Assembly (NCBI RefSeq): GCF_018977255.1
Contig: NW_024704772.1
Location: 1,550,001-1,614,000, forward strand
From: Callorhinchus milii
Lineage: Eukaryota
DNA length: 64,000 nucleotides
Direction of reading: 5' to 3'
Position numbers and translations under genes: made by a program. Positions 36,501 through 49,022 of the stretch are shown here, one piece after another. The stretch's first letter is position 1, and the number at the start of each line of letters is the position of its first letter. Under the pieces are notes generated by a model. That model did not search any database, was not told where the DNA came from, and saw nothing but the letters and a program-made list of their open reading frames with translations.

Positions 36501-37755
36501 CGGGTTGTGACAGAATTACCACCAGAGATTCGGTAATAAATCCTTGGATCTAACACTCCGCCTTATCACGTGGTCGAGCAGTCTCAAAGCACTTTTTTTT
36601 CCCCCCCCGTGCACGTACTCTGACTGACTGTGCGTTTCGTAGGCAAATACCGTCCACACAGTCGCACCCACTTTACAATAGGTCCCGTGAAGCACTTTGA
36701 GACGTCCCGAGCTGCTGATCAGATTGGGCGCTGTATCAAATGCGCGGATTGTGATTATTATAATAGAACAGTTACTACACTTGTGGTAAATATTGCAATG
36801 CACTTTTGAGAGGGTTTCAAGGGTTTTAAGGGTGCTACATTCTCTCTGTCTCTCTCTCCCCGTCTCTGTCTTGTGTGTGTGTGTGTGTGTGTCTCTCTCT
36901 CCCTCCCTGACTGTCTGTCTACCCCCAGCACTTCCTGTTTTATTTCAGGAAATGACTCACTCACTCACTCACAGACTTGCAGTGTTGGAGAATCTGACCT
37001 GCTAGGAGGCAGTCTTTAACCACAACTTGACTTATGAGTGCAGGGATCACACAAACCAACTCTCCCCCACCCCAAAAAAAAATAGGAGGGTCACTAACTG
37101 TAAAAGGCCGAGACGGCGGCGGCGGTGGGGTGGGGGATGGGGGTTTGGCTGAGAAAGGGAACGATATATATATATATATTAAAAAAAAGGGTGTGGAGTT
37201 GGGGGAAGGTAAAAAGTCTACGGTTGGCCCGAGCACAGGGCTCAGGGGTATAGACAGTGACTTAATGATTAACGTTTAGAGTGTGTTCTGCGCTTGTTGA
37301 CTCTTGTTCGAGGAAGGCTGTTTAAAGGGAATGTACGGCAACGAGCCCTCGTACTCTGGTGTGGAGTGTGTGTGTGTTGCTGTGTTGTTTCTTGCCCATT
37401 TTTATTCAGTGGGGTTCTTTTTGGGGGCGCATTTTACTCGCTCCGGGCGGAAGGGGGTTGTGGTGGTGGTGGCGGGTGGGGGGGTGAGGGGTTGAATTAA
37501 ACAACCCCGCCTCACCATCCATCCATCGTAGGCTGTCCACACGGTGAGGTCAATGGTATTGAATTATCACAATAATAATCCTTGCATTTGGTACAGCGCC
37601 TTATCACACCGTTGAGAGACGTCTCAAAGCGCTTCGGGAATCGAACCCAAGCCCTCTCGCTTGCGAGGCGAGGGCGCTGACCATTACGCCGCAGGACTCC
37701 ATAGATGTCTTAATCATCCTCTCTGTGAGTTGTTGTATCAGATAAATGTTGACCT

Positions 37756-37786
<31 letters not shown>

Positions 37787-37956
37787 AGATCTCCATCACT
37801 TTCCAAGGAGACGTGTTTGAGATCAAGTTGCCCGAAGACCGTGTGCTCGAATTTCCTAACCGCTCATGTGCCGAGATCCTGACCTACCTGGTTATAGAGG
37901 GTCAAGTCCGAGTCAAAGGCCTCAAGTTTGACTACTTACCTGAGGTCGCGCTTTAG
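33562..37956 (+). CDS. Prototype galectin (galectin-1/2-like), 4 exons, 142 aa
   Basis: Exons 33562-33570, 34295-34374, 34555-34726 and 37789-37956 (9/80/172/168 nt, the galectin-1-type layout). Sugar-binding residues are intact: LHFNPRF, IVCN, WSTEQR. The C-terminal FPNR motif is present. TATA-like GATATAAG at ~33465. LGALS1 versus LGALS2 cannot be resolved by eye. Confidence 0.92.
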
Positions 37957-39384
37957 CTGGCGTTGGGCAGAGAGAGAGAGAGAGAGAGAGACACAAACAC
38001 ACACACACACAGAGCAAGAGCCAGAGATACACCTTGTGTGAAAGATTGGGAGGGGAACGGAGCTAATTCTAGATCTACTTTGGGTGGCGGTTCAACGGGG
38101 GGGGTGGTGGGGTGTGGGGGGGGAAGACATACGCACTTTTGCGTGTGTGTCTCTGACTCTTTACCCACCCCTCCTCCTTCCTCTCGCTCTTTCTCTGGGA
38201 CACTCACTCGCGCACACTCTGTGTGTATATGTGCGCGTCCTCTTGCTCCCTAACCCCCATTCTCTCTCCCGCCCCCCCTCCCACTCCCCGTCTACTCTCT
38301 GTCTCTCTCCCCCCCCCCCCTCTACTCTCTCTTTGACTTTCTGCCTCTCTTCCCCCCTCCACCCCTCTTCACCTCTTTCTCTGTGTGTTTGTTTTTTGAC
38401 TCTCTCTCCCTCTCTCTTCCCCATCCCCCCCTTTCTCTCTCTCTCTCGCTCTCTCTCTCTGACCCGCGCCCCCCCCACCCGCCCAGTTTCTGTGTGTGTG
38501 TGTGTGGTGTTTGAGGCCTGCGTGAAATGGGCTTTTTGGATTGTAGTGTCTGTTTTTGGACTCGATCAAATTTCCCCTTTTTTTTTTCTCTCTCTCTCTC
38601 TTTCTATAGATAGAGAAGGAAAGAAAAACCTCCAGAGGGCAGAAAGTTCCCCTGGTCTCAGCCTGTAAAACTATTATCAATCAGCCTGCAGACGCTTCAA
38701 GGTCAAGCGTGCGTGTTCTTCAGGCCGAGACGAGGTGGAATTTCAGTGCTGCACGTTGCACTAAGGCGCCGCTTACCGTGAACCGGGAGACAAAGTAGTG
38801 AGTTGACCACGGACGCTAAACTAGGAGTAATGATAATAGTGAGTGAGAGCTCACTAGCTCTATTCTAACATACCCACAAGTGAGTGAGGCTACTCGCTTA
38901 GGACTAGGTTACCAGTGGAGGGAGAGAGAGAGAGAGAGAGATGCCACAAGCTGTCAGCTCACAATAGCTAAGTAAGGATGGCTGGTTAACAACTAGGAGT
39001 GGTGTCTGCAAGTATTCCCATTAACACAATCTAAAGAGCTACCAGAGTGAGTGAGTGAGTAGTTTTTTTTCAACGGGAGTCTGGTTTGGATTTAAAGCAC
39101 GTGTCCTGTTTAATGGTTGACACACAGTTCAATGATTGTAAATGTCTCTCTCACAAATAGCACTTTGAAAACCACCTTCTGTCTTGGTTCTGGTCTTTTT
39201 TTTTTCTCTCTCTCTCCTGAAATCTCGTGCCACGGCAAAGATTGCTAGACAGTAGTTATGAGGCTTTAGCTGGTTAGATTGCAGCAGTTACCCCGCCCCC
39301 CCCCCCGCACCCCCAACCCTGACAATTCACACTTTGGAGTCGAACCCAAGCCTTGGCTCTTACCGACCTGCGTCGAACACTCGC

Positions 39385-39777
39385 GGAGTTCTGTAGCTCA
39401 GTGGCTAGAGCGTTCGCCTTACAAGCGAAAGACCTGGGTTTGATTCCCGGCTCGGGTGAAACATTGGACAAGTTTCCTTCCTCAACTCACACACACACAC
39501 ACACACACTCGCCTCTGTTTACCAGCAGTAAGTAGGAACCCAGTTGTTGTTCGATTGGCAGAACGCTTTTCAGGGGATAATAATTCCTTCAAAAACAATG
39601 ATAAATTGGTCACTCAATCCACGACTGTTTGAGGGACGCTGCTGTGCGCAATTGGCTGCCGTGTTTTGCCCACAAATATACAGTCAATTCACTTTACAGC
39701 ATATTCTGTGAAGCGCTTTGCCACGTCTCGAAGACGTGATAAGGTGCTGCGTCAAATGCAGCCACTGCTATTATTAT
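39385..39777 (+). mobile_element. Near full-length tRNA-derived Deu-type SINE (reference copy of the dominant family)
   Basis: tRNA-like head with A box (TAGCTCAGTGG) and B box (GGTTTGATTCC). Central GCTGCTGTGCGCAATTGGCTGCC resembles the Deu domain of AmnSINE1/SacSINE1. L2-like tail GAAGCGCTTTG...ACGTGATAAGG...AAATGCA ends in (ATT)n. Confidence 0.85.
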
Positions 39778-40149
39778 AACACTCTGCAATTAAGGTGTGT
39801 CACTGTCTCTCTGGGGCCAGAATGAGAGAAGGTCCACGTTCCAAACACAAGTACATTTCCACGCGGACATGTGCAAGGATACCCTTAAGCACGGAGATGA
39901 GTTTCTGTGTAGGCCAGACACCCGACTGACTGCGCAGGGGGAGAGGATGGGGTGGGGGGGGGAATAATAAACCTTGTGTTTTGAGTTGAGATCTGAGACC
40001 GCAAGGGATGAGATGAAACAACAGCTCTTAATTACGTTCAAAGGTGCTGTGATATCCTTCGGGAGAACCAGAAACTCAGGCGTGTTTGGGCACGCTCCCT
40101 TCCAACCTTTGTACCTTGGTTACCAGCCAACTGGGAATCAGTTGTCCTG

Positions 40150-40640
40150 TGTGACATGAGCCTGGGCCGTGTCCCTAATCTCTGGAATCTCCGACCAGTC
40201 ACTGGGGGCAGGGAATCCTCACACTCGCCTCCTGTTAACCCTGCAAGCCAAAGCCCAAATGGGTAGGGTGGTCCGAGCTGGACAAGCAGCGGGAAATGGC
40301 AAGCGATGTGGTTTTTAGCTGGTTAGACACCAGCAGTTACCCCAACGCACACTCTGGGCTCCCCCCTCCCCCCCCCCCCTCGCTCAGCCACCCCTTCCCA
40401 AGCCTTGGCTCTTGCTAATCTGCACCTGATACTTTACAAGGTGTGTCCCTCCATGTGTGGGGCGGTGGGGTGGGGGGGGGGAGGAAAGAGAGAGAGAGAG
40501 AGCGCATTCATTCCAACAATCGTATCTCTGGGAATTCCTCGTGGAGGTGGGTTGCATGGAATTCTCAGCTTGGTTTGGAGACACTCTAAGCGTGGTGACG
40601 GGTTTGTGTGTGTGTGTGTGTGTGTCAGACATCCGGCTGA
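40150..40640. mobile_element. Unclassified interspersed repeat family (longest copy)
   Basis: Shared blocks AGCTGGTTAGAC.CCAGCAGTTACCCC, GCATTCC...CCAACAATCTATCTCTGGG and GGTGACGGGTTT...GTCAGACA. They recur at ~16970-17090, 21305-21390, 23595-23670, 39265-39370, 41990-42095, 43260-43560 (inverted) and 48850-49343. Confidence 0.7.
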
Positions 40641-41874
40641 ATTTAAAAAAAAGGATAGATGAGCAGGGTGTGTCTCCAGAGAGAGAGAGCGAGAGAGAGG
40701 GAGCGCATTGCGTTCCAGATATGGGAAAATTTCCATTTGTGGGTAAGCAAGTGTTGGTGTCTGGTTGGGCGAGGTTTCTGGATGTGTCAGACCACTGGCT
40801 GATCTATCGGTTTCCATGTGTAGGTAGCAAGGGTTGGTGTCAGACAGCTCTCTCGTCTATTTTAATTCTTCCGCTCTGCCTTAACAGGTTTTATGCTTAG
40901 TGGATTGTTGCCCAACCTTATCTTAGGCTTGTTCTCCGTGGCCGGGAGCTGGGCAGGCAAGGGCAAGCCACAAAGCACCGCCCTCGCAAGCCCGTAGTAC
41001 AAAGAAAATGCCTAATCTGCGCCTGAGCGAACGCCTAGGGTTACGAGTTTTTTTTTTTTCCGTAGTCGATCATGTCGTTCAGCCACACAAGCCCAGTGGC
41101 TCCGCTTTACGGTACACTCTGAGACGTCCTTCCCAGCGCGCAAGGTGCTGTATCTTCGAGGCGTCTTGAAGACGTGATTGTAATAATACAATGCTAATCC
41201 TTGCCTTATCACGTATTCCAGACACCTCAAACCCCTTCACACGATACACTGCAAAGTGAGTCGACTGTATATTATAAGGCTCTATATGAAATGCAAGGAT
41301 TATTAAATCAAATGCAAGACTTATTACGGGGTCTCCGAGCTCAGGGGTTGGAGCACTCGCCTCGCAAGCGAGAGGACATGGGTTCAATTCCCAGGCAAAA
41401 CTTTAGGCAAGTTTCCTTGCTCCACGCACTCACACACACGCCTCTGTTTACCAGAGGTAAGTAGGAACCCGGTTCTTAGTCGATTGGCGGATTGCTTTTC
41501 GGGGGAAATAATCCCTTACCTCCATACCCCCTAAAAGACCCTTCAGCCTAATCCCACCTCCTAGTTTGCAGAATCCCCACTCACAGCTGTTGCTTACCAC
41601 AGGGAACCACTGCTGGCAACCAATCCCTTTGCCCCCCCCACCCCCCCCAGCCTTCAGCCTCTGCCCCCCCTTCTCTGCAACTCCTCCACCTCGCCCCCAC
41701 CTCCCCTCCCCCCTCTCCCGTCAAGGATTGTCTCAAGACCCTCCTCTTGGACCGCTGCCTTCGATCATCTTCCCAACCCTCCCTGCTCTCCACCCAGCCG
41801 ACTGTGTCAACGGTGTTGAAGATGAACCAACCCAAATACCTCTTTGTTCTTGTGCTCAAAGCCACTTTAATCAT

Positions 41875-41880
41875 TTTATT
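41875..41880 (-). promoter_or_regulatory. Possible ADAP1-like polyadenylation signal
   Basis: TTTATT on the + strand, ~440 nt downstream of the stop. Confidence 0.4.
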
Positions 41881-42320
41881 TTTATCGTGACAACCCTCTC
41901 CGGCAGTGCTCTCTCTCGGTAGTCCCGGTTCCTGAGCCGGGAGGGTCCATAGATTCCAGGGCACTCACTGCTGATGGCAGGACCTGGAAGGGCTGACCAG
42001 TCATTGCGGGCAGGGAATCCTCCCACCCGCTCGGCTTCTGTTAGCCCTGCAGCCAAAGCCCAAATGGGTGGGGTGGTCCTAGCTGGACAAAGCAACACTC
42101 CAGTTGCACCCAAACTATCAAACACTTATGTACAAGCGTGGTGTGTGGGGGTCAGTTTTGGGGGGCGATGGTGGGATGTTACGGGGGTGTGAGGGGTGAG
42201 GTTTCTGGATGAGCTGCGAGATCTGGAACTCCTTTCTGTTTCATTTCAGTAGCATGTGGTGTTTGTAGTAGTTATCCCTCTTGGTGGGTGGGTGGGTAGG
42301 TAGGTGGGCTGTGCTGAGGA

Positions 42321-43368
42321 TTACCGCCTGTGCTTGAAGTAAGCTGCCACTGAAAGATGGAGAGAGAGAGAGAAAAGGTAGAAGCATTGAGCCTCTGGTG
42401 AATTAGCACCATACCCATACCGTCCCTCCGCTCAGCGGGCTCCAGCCTACTCCAGGTCCCCCGCCCTGCCCGCCTGAAGATGGAGAGGGAAGGGGCAAGG
42501 TGGAGGGATAGAGGATGAGTCTTCCAGGGTTTCAGGGCGTAGTGGCTGAAAGCGCGGCCACTGCTGGTGGAACGGAGGGCACGAGGGACAAGCAGAAGCC
42601 CCAGCTTGTCTAATGGTTGCTTGTTGCTCTAACCACTGGGGGGGGGGGATTCATGCTCACTACCGCTTAAAGGGGTTCCTCTTACCCGTGTACTCCTGGG
42701 GAGACATGGGCTGTTCCATGACCCTTGTGAAGGCCACCACCCATTCCTGCTGCTCCATCTCCGTCTCGCAGATGAACAGGAAGTTCCTCTCCGGTGTGAC
42801 AATGGTGATTCCGAACTCCCAGCTCCCCCCCCGCTGGGGGCCAAGCAGTACGTTCGCCGACACCGAGTACCCGTTGTCCTTGCTGCCGATAAACACCTCT
42901 CCCTTAGCATAGGCGTCCTACAACAACAGCAATCATCAGCACAATCCTGGCACGTGGCGTCCTGAAGCTCACCTGCTCTGCAGGACCCCACGTTAAGAGC
43001 ATTTGTCTCGCGACTTAAGAGAGGACCCGGGTTCGATTCCCGGACAGGACCTCCCGACGTGTCAATGTAACGTGTCGTCGTCGTGCTTTTGGTTTTGTTG
43101 TTAACGTACCAGAGGATCTTTGAAGTACATCAGCCTCCGGTGGTCCAAGGAAAACCAGCGTTTCTTAAAGCCTTCTGTTTGCTGGGAGCAAAGAGAGATC
43201 AGACGTCAGGGTCTGGGGGAAGGGAGGAGTTGTTTTTTTTTGTGTGTGTGGGGGATCAGTCGGGTGTCTGACACACATGGAAACCCATCGCTGTTGCTTA
43301 AGAGTCTCCAAACCAAGCTGAGAATTCCATGCATCCCATGAAAATCCCAGAGATAGATTGTTGGACTG

Positions 43369-43414
<46 letters not shown>

Positions 43415-46400
43415 GCTTCCTGCTAAACTAATCTAGGAAAGCATTTAGGCGCAGGTTGCAAGAGCCAAGGCTTGAGGGGGGGGTGGGGGGAGAGCCCAGA
43501 GTGTGCGTTGGAGTAACTGCTGGAGTCTGAACCAGCTAAAACCCCATGGATTGCCATTCCGAAACCGAGCCACAAACCTGCGCTGACTCGCAGAGCAAAA
43601 GGCAGGGAACGCCCAGAATTTGGTTGGTTGGGGGGGGGGGGGGAAGGAAGGAAGGAGTCCGTACCTTGGGCCCTGTCTTTTCCATGTAGCCTTCCTTCAG
43701 AAAATTCCTGGTCAGTTTGAGCTTGAGCTGCAACAGGGAAGGTGGAGGTTAGTTAACGGGGAGTTAGACATTGCGGCCAACAATGAATGGGCGGGGGGAT
43801 CAATTTAACTCTTCCCCCACTTCCCCCTCAAAAAAACACACCTCCAAATAAAACCTCCCCATTTTCCAGCCGTTCTTGCCTTCAGCATCTCTGCCCCAAC
43901 ACTCTGGAACTCCCTCCACCTCACGCCCTCCCTCGTCTCCTTCAAGGACCTTCATCTTCGACTGTGCCTTCGGCCACTCTCCCACCCCCACCCACTCTGC
44001 CCTCCGCCCCTCCTGACCCCACCTCTCAGCTCGGGTTCCAAAGTCCTGAGTGTCCAGCGCCCTGGGACATCTCTCTGACGCGAAGGGGTGCTGTACAAGC
44101 GTTTAATTTGCTGTTGTCGTTCCCCTTCTTTCCCTCCTCCCTCCCTCTCCCCTCTCTCTCTTCTCTCCCTCTGCCAGCAATAATCTCCCTCTTACCTCAT
44201 TGTCGCTCGCCCCTGGAAAGGCAACTTGGAGATAGTAGAACTGCACTGATCGAAAGGCGTTGAGCCAATCCACGATCTCCTGTCAACAGAACGTGGAGGA
44301 GTGGGTGAGTGGGAGGTGGTGGGGGTGGGGAAGGCGGAGGTGGGGGGGGCAAGGTCGGGCGGGGAGGGGGGGAAGAGAGGTGGGGGTAAATGAGCGGTAG
44401 ATTTTTGGCTCAATAGAAGACGAAACGGCCTTAATTCAGTCCGTATCCTCTCCTGACAAACGTGTAAACCTGTCACCTGTGACGAGAGATGCTAAGCAAC
44501 AGGATTAGAGACAGAGGAGAGCAGTGAGGCTGACGCCAGTGTTAGAGATAGAGGAAAGTAACAAGACTGATCCTAGTGTTAGAGACAGAGGAGAGTAACA
44601 AGACTGATCCCAGTGTTAGAGACAGAGGAGAGTAAAAAGACTGATCCCAGTGTTAGAGACAGAGGAGAGTAACAAGACTGATCCCAGTGTTAGAGACAGA
44701 GGAGAGTAACAAGGTTGATCCCAGTGTTAGAGTCAGGGGAGAGCAGTGAGGCAGAAACCCGTCACCGTGACCAGCCGGGTATCTAACACACACAGAAACC
44801 CGTCACCGTGACCAGCCGGGTATCTAACACACACAGAAACCCGTCACCGTGACCAGCCGGGTATCTAACACACACAGAAACCCCCTGAGAGGTGAGAGGA
44901 AGCGAGAGAGAGAGAGTGCGAGACTGGGCTGAGAGCTGGCAGAGTGACAGGAAGCCAGGGACAGACTGCCATATCTCCGCGCTTCACCTTTCCCTCCTCA
45001 TGGTAAACAAAGATATTCCTGGTGCTGTTGTCCTTCAAGTAGGTGATCTGCAGACCGTTGGGGTTCCCGATCTTGGCCGGCTGGAAGGTGGCGTTCATGT
45101 TGTCCACTCTTATGGATGCTTTTGGCTCCTTGGCCTGCGGGATGGGATGGGAGCGACTAAGCAATGGTAGCAAGAGTCCGAGGAGAACAGGGAGGCTGAT
45201 CCCAGTGATAGAGACAGAGGAGAATGCTACGGAGAAACTATTTGCTCTCGTGAGCCGGGTGGTTGGCGAAGGGGGGGGATTCCAGAGCAAAAGAGCATCA
45301 TCTTATAATTCGAGGTTGACCGCAGTGTTAGAGACAGAGGAACGTGATGCGACACAGACGAAGAGCTGAGGGGGATGTGAACATAAGTTGGCACATTGGT
45401 CTAAGTCCGGTGAGATGCTCTGAGCAGTTCAATCTGCTGCACGACCACAAATAACACCTTGTGTTTTTCTTCTCTCTGTGCAGTGGCGAGGAGAGGACAC
45501 CGAAAGAGCGAGAGAAAGAGAAAGCGAGAGAGAGAGAGAGAGAGAGATACTCACATCATTCTTGGCAAAGTATTTCAGGATCCCGTCTCTTTCGGTCAAG
45601 ATGAACTTTCTGTTCAGGAAGAGCCCGTTGTCTCGTCCACGTTTCCATAGAAATCCTTCCCGGTAACCTGCGTGCGGGGGAGAGAGAGAGAGAGAGCGAG
45701 AGAGAGGAGCGAGAGACGGGAAAAAAAAAAGGTCAACGTAAGAATATATTTGAGAGGAACGGCTCAGTCAAAGGCAGAGACATTGGTAAAAAAAAATTTT
45801 TAACTCTATTTTTAAGAGCGGTAACGTGTTTAAAATTGGCATCAGTCAGCGTAAAGATATCTCTAGATCTATGTCTCTATATGGGCCGCTGAGTTTCACC
45901 CACAAAGTATACAGTCGAATCACTTTACAGTATGTATCCTGTGCAGGGCTTTGAGATGTCTCGCAGACGTGATATCAAATGCAAGCAATATTATTACCAT
46001 CATTAATTATTATTAATAATAATACAAATAATAACGACCCGTGCATTTGATTTAGTGCCTTATTGTGCCTTATCGGAGACGTCTCGAAGCACTTCACAGG
46101 ATACGCTGTAAGGTATTCTGTGGGCAAATCGCGGCAGCCAATTGCGCACAGCAGCGTCCCCACAAACAGTCGTGGATTGAGTGACCGCATTATTATTATT
46201 ATTATTTTGAAGGGATTATAATAATAATAATAATAATCCTTGCATTTGATATAGCGCTTTTCACGTCGGGAGGACGTCCCAAAGCGCTTCACAGAATATA
46301 CTGTAAAGTGAATTGACTGTATATATGTGGGCGAACGCGGCAGCCGATTGCGCACAGCAATGTCCCACAAACAGTCGTAGATTGAAAATGACCAATTTAT

Positions 46401-46756
46401 TATTGCATTTGGTTTTGGAGGGATTATTATTAGGCTCTGTGCGGAGTAAGGAAACTTGCCCAAGGTTTCGCCCTCTGCCTGGAATTGAACTCAGGTCTCT
46501 CACTTGCAAAGCGAGTGCTCTAACCACTGAGCTACATTACCCCCAGAAAAGCGATCCACCAATTGACTAACAACCGGGTTCCTATTTACTGTGTGGGTAA
46601 ACAGGGGTGTGTGTGAGTGAGTGAGTGAGTGTGGAGTAAGGAAACTCGCCCAAAGTTTCGCCCCAAACCCGTCCGGGAAACAAACCCGGGTCCTCCCCCT
46701 GAAGGAGAGGGGTGGGGTAGGGGAGTGAGAGACACAGCGGGAAGATATCTCCCTGG

Positions 46757-46796
<40 letters not shown>

Positions 46797-48813
46797 AGTG
46801 CGAGACGGCAATGGTGTACAAATATAGCCTCTTATTTAACGCAGAGTGATGTGGCAGTTGACAGCAGCATTGACTTCCCTTTGCGCGTTGGGGTCGGAGT
46901 GATTCGTGGGGCCGCGAATTCCTGGTAAAACGACAGGATCGTAAATGTGAGTTTCTATTTTATTAACTGTGGCTAAATATGGCCCAAATGTAAACCACCC
47001 AACCACTCCGGGGTCTCTGCCAGACTCCAGCCTGCTCACTCTGAACGGAAGCGCACTCACACACTCACACACTCACTCACTCATGCACTCATTCACATAC
47101 ACTCACACATACTCACTCTCTCACTCACCCACACACAGACAGACTATCACACTCACAGACTCACACACTCAGTCACACACACAGACTCAAACTCACATAC
47201 ACACTCACTCACAGACTCAAACTCACACACACACTCACACACACACACATACACAGACTCACTCACTCACACACAGACTCACTCACTCACTCACTCACAC
47301 ACACACACTCACANACACACAGACTCACCCACACTCACTCACTCACTCACTCACTCACTCACACACACACACACAGAATCTCACACACTCACTCACACAC
47401 ACTCACACACACACACAGACTCACTCACTCACACACAGACTCACTCACTCACTCACTCACATACAGACTCACTCACTCACTCACTGACTCACACACAGGC
47501 AAATCAGGAAATGTCAGTAGGGACTTGGTGAATATGTGCCTCTGCCCAGCCTGCCTCAGTGAGTCAGTCAGTCAGTCAGAACAGCAACTTCCCCAGTGCT
47601 CCTGGTGTAGGGTAGCGTCCCAGAGAGCTTGATGCTGAGCCGGAGGGAGGGGGAGAAGGTGACCGGAGGCGCGGTCAAAGAGGAAGGTCTTCAGAAGATG
47701 GGGAAGGAAGGATAGTGCAAGGATTGAGGGACAGAGTTTCGGGCACAGGGCTGAACGACGTGACGAGTTGCTACCTCAAAGGGAAGGAAAACAGTCACTA
47801 CACTTTAAAGTAATTATTGCAAAGGAGCATCGAGAGGGTTTCAATGACGAAGTGGGCGACATTCTCCTTTTTTTCTCTCTCTCTCTCTCTCTCTGTGGTC
47901 TCTCTCCCTCTCCGTGTCTCTATCAAACACAGGCACGATAATGATGGTCTTGATCATTGTGCTGTTGTCACACTCACCCGTGGAATAGGGCAGTTCTTTC
48001 CCAGCTTCCAAAAAGTCCTTTCGCTCATACTTTGCCCTGATCCACTGCTCCAGCTGTACTCTGTGCGCCGGTGGCGGGGGGGGCGGAGGGGAAGAAAAAA
48101 GAGCATAGAGTGATTACAAACATAAGTCAGCGTGTCACAGACTCTGCTAATCCCCCCTCCCCATCGACAGACGAGTGGGTGGGCTGAGTTTCAGCCACTC
48201 TGTCCCCACACTCTCTGGAACTCCAACCTGAAGTCTCTCCCCATCTCCCTCCCTCCCCCCCCCCCCACCCCCAAAATCGCTTTGAAAGGCGCTGCGTCAA
48301 ATGCAAAGGTTATCGTAGATTTGTAGAAGTAGCGCGGCGGTCAGAGAGCTCGCCTCGCAAGCGAGAGGACCCGGGTTCGATTCCCGGGCGGGTCAGGGTG
48401 AAATCTTGTGCAAGTTTCCTTACTCCAGACACACACACACACACACGCACACTGTGCTGTGCGCAATTGGCTTCCGCGTTTCGCCCACAAAACATACAGT
48501 CGCTCCACAAAGGTGTGTTCCGCGAAGCCCTTTGAGACGCCTCGAAGGTGTGATAAGGCGCCGTATCAAATGCAAGGATTATTACGATTATTATTATTAG
48601 TGCTATTATTATTCAGAATAGAAACGGCAATTGCCCACTTCACTCACCGGGTGTCAATGTAGGTTGGTTTGTAGTAATAAACAGGGACGTGAGCTTCATA
48701 TTTAACCCTGGCGGCTTCATTGCCGTTCTGACGCATAAACTGGAAACAGGAGAGAGAGAGAGAAATTTTGAGCTTATAAAGAAGTCATTTGTTGAGTCCG
48801 TTCCATTTCACAG

Positions 48814-48850
<37 letters not shown>

Positions 48851-48989
48851 AGCGAGCTGTGTGGTTTCAGCTGGTTAGACTCCAGCAGTTATCCCAGCGC
48901 ACACTCCGAGCTCTCTCAGGGTTTGGCTCTTGCAAACCAGCGCCCTAATACTCTCCGGAATTTGGCAAAGCGGGATGCATCCGTCCAGG

Positions 48990-49022
<33 letters not shown>

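Noticed and set aside
35660-36950. Duplicated motif GGGTGCTACATTCTCTCT...CTACCCCCAG in galectin intron 3, and ORF 36242-36556
   Set aside because: A short local duplication dominated by microsatellite; no recognisable protein or second CRD exon.
39385-39460. tRNA-like sequences (also ~738-800, 16738-16830, 41330-41400, 43000-43045)
   Set aside because: They have A and B boxes but no intact acceptor stem, and they continue into SINE body sequence, so they are SINE heads.
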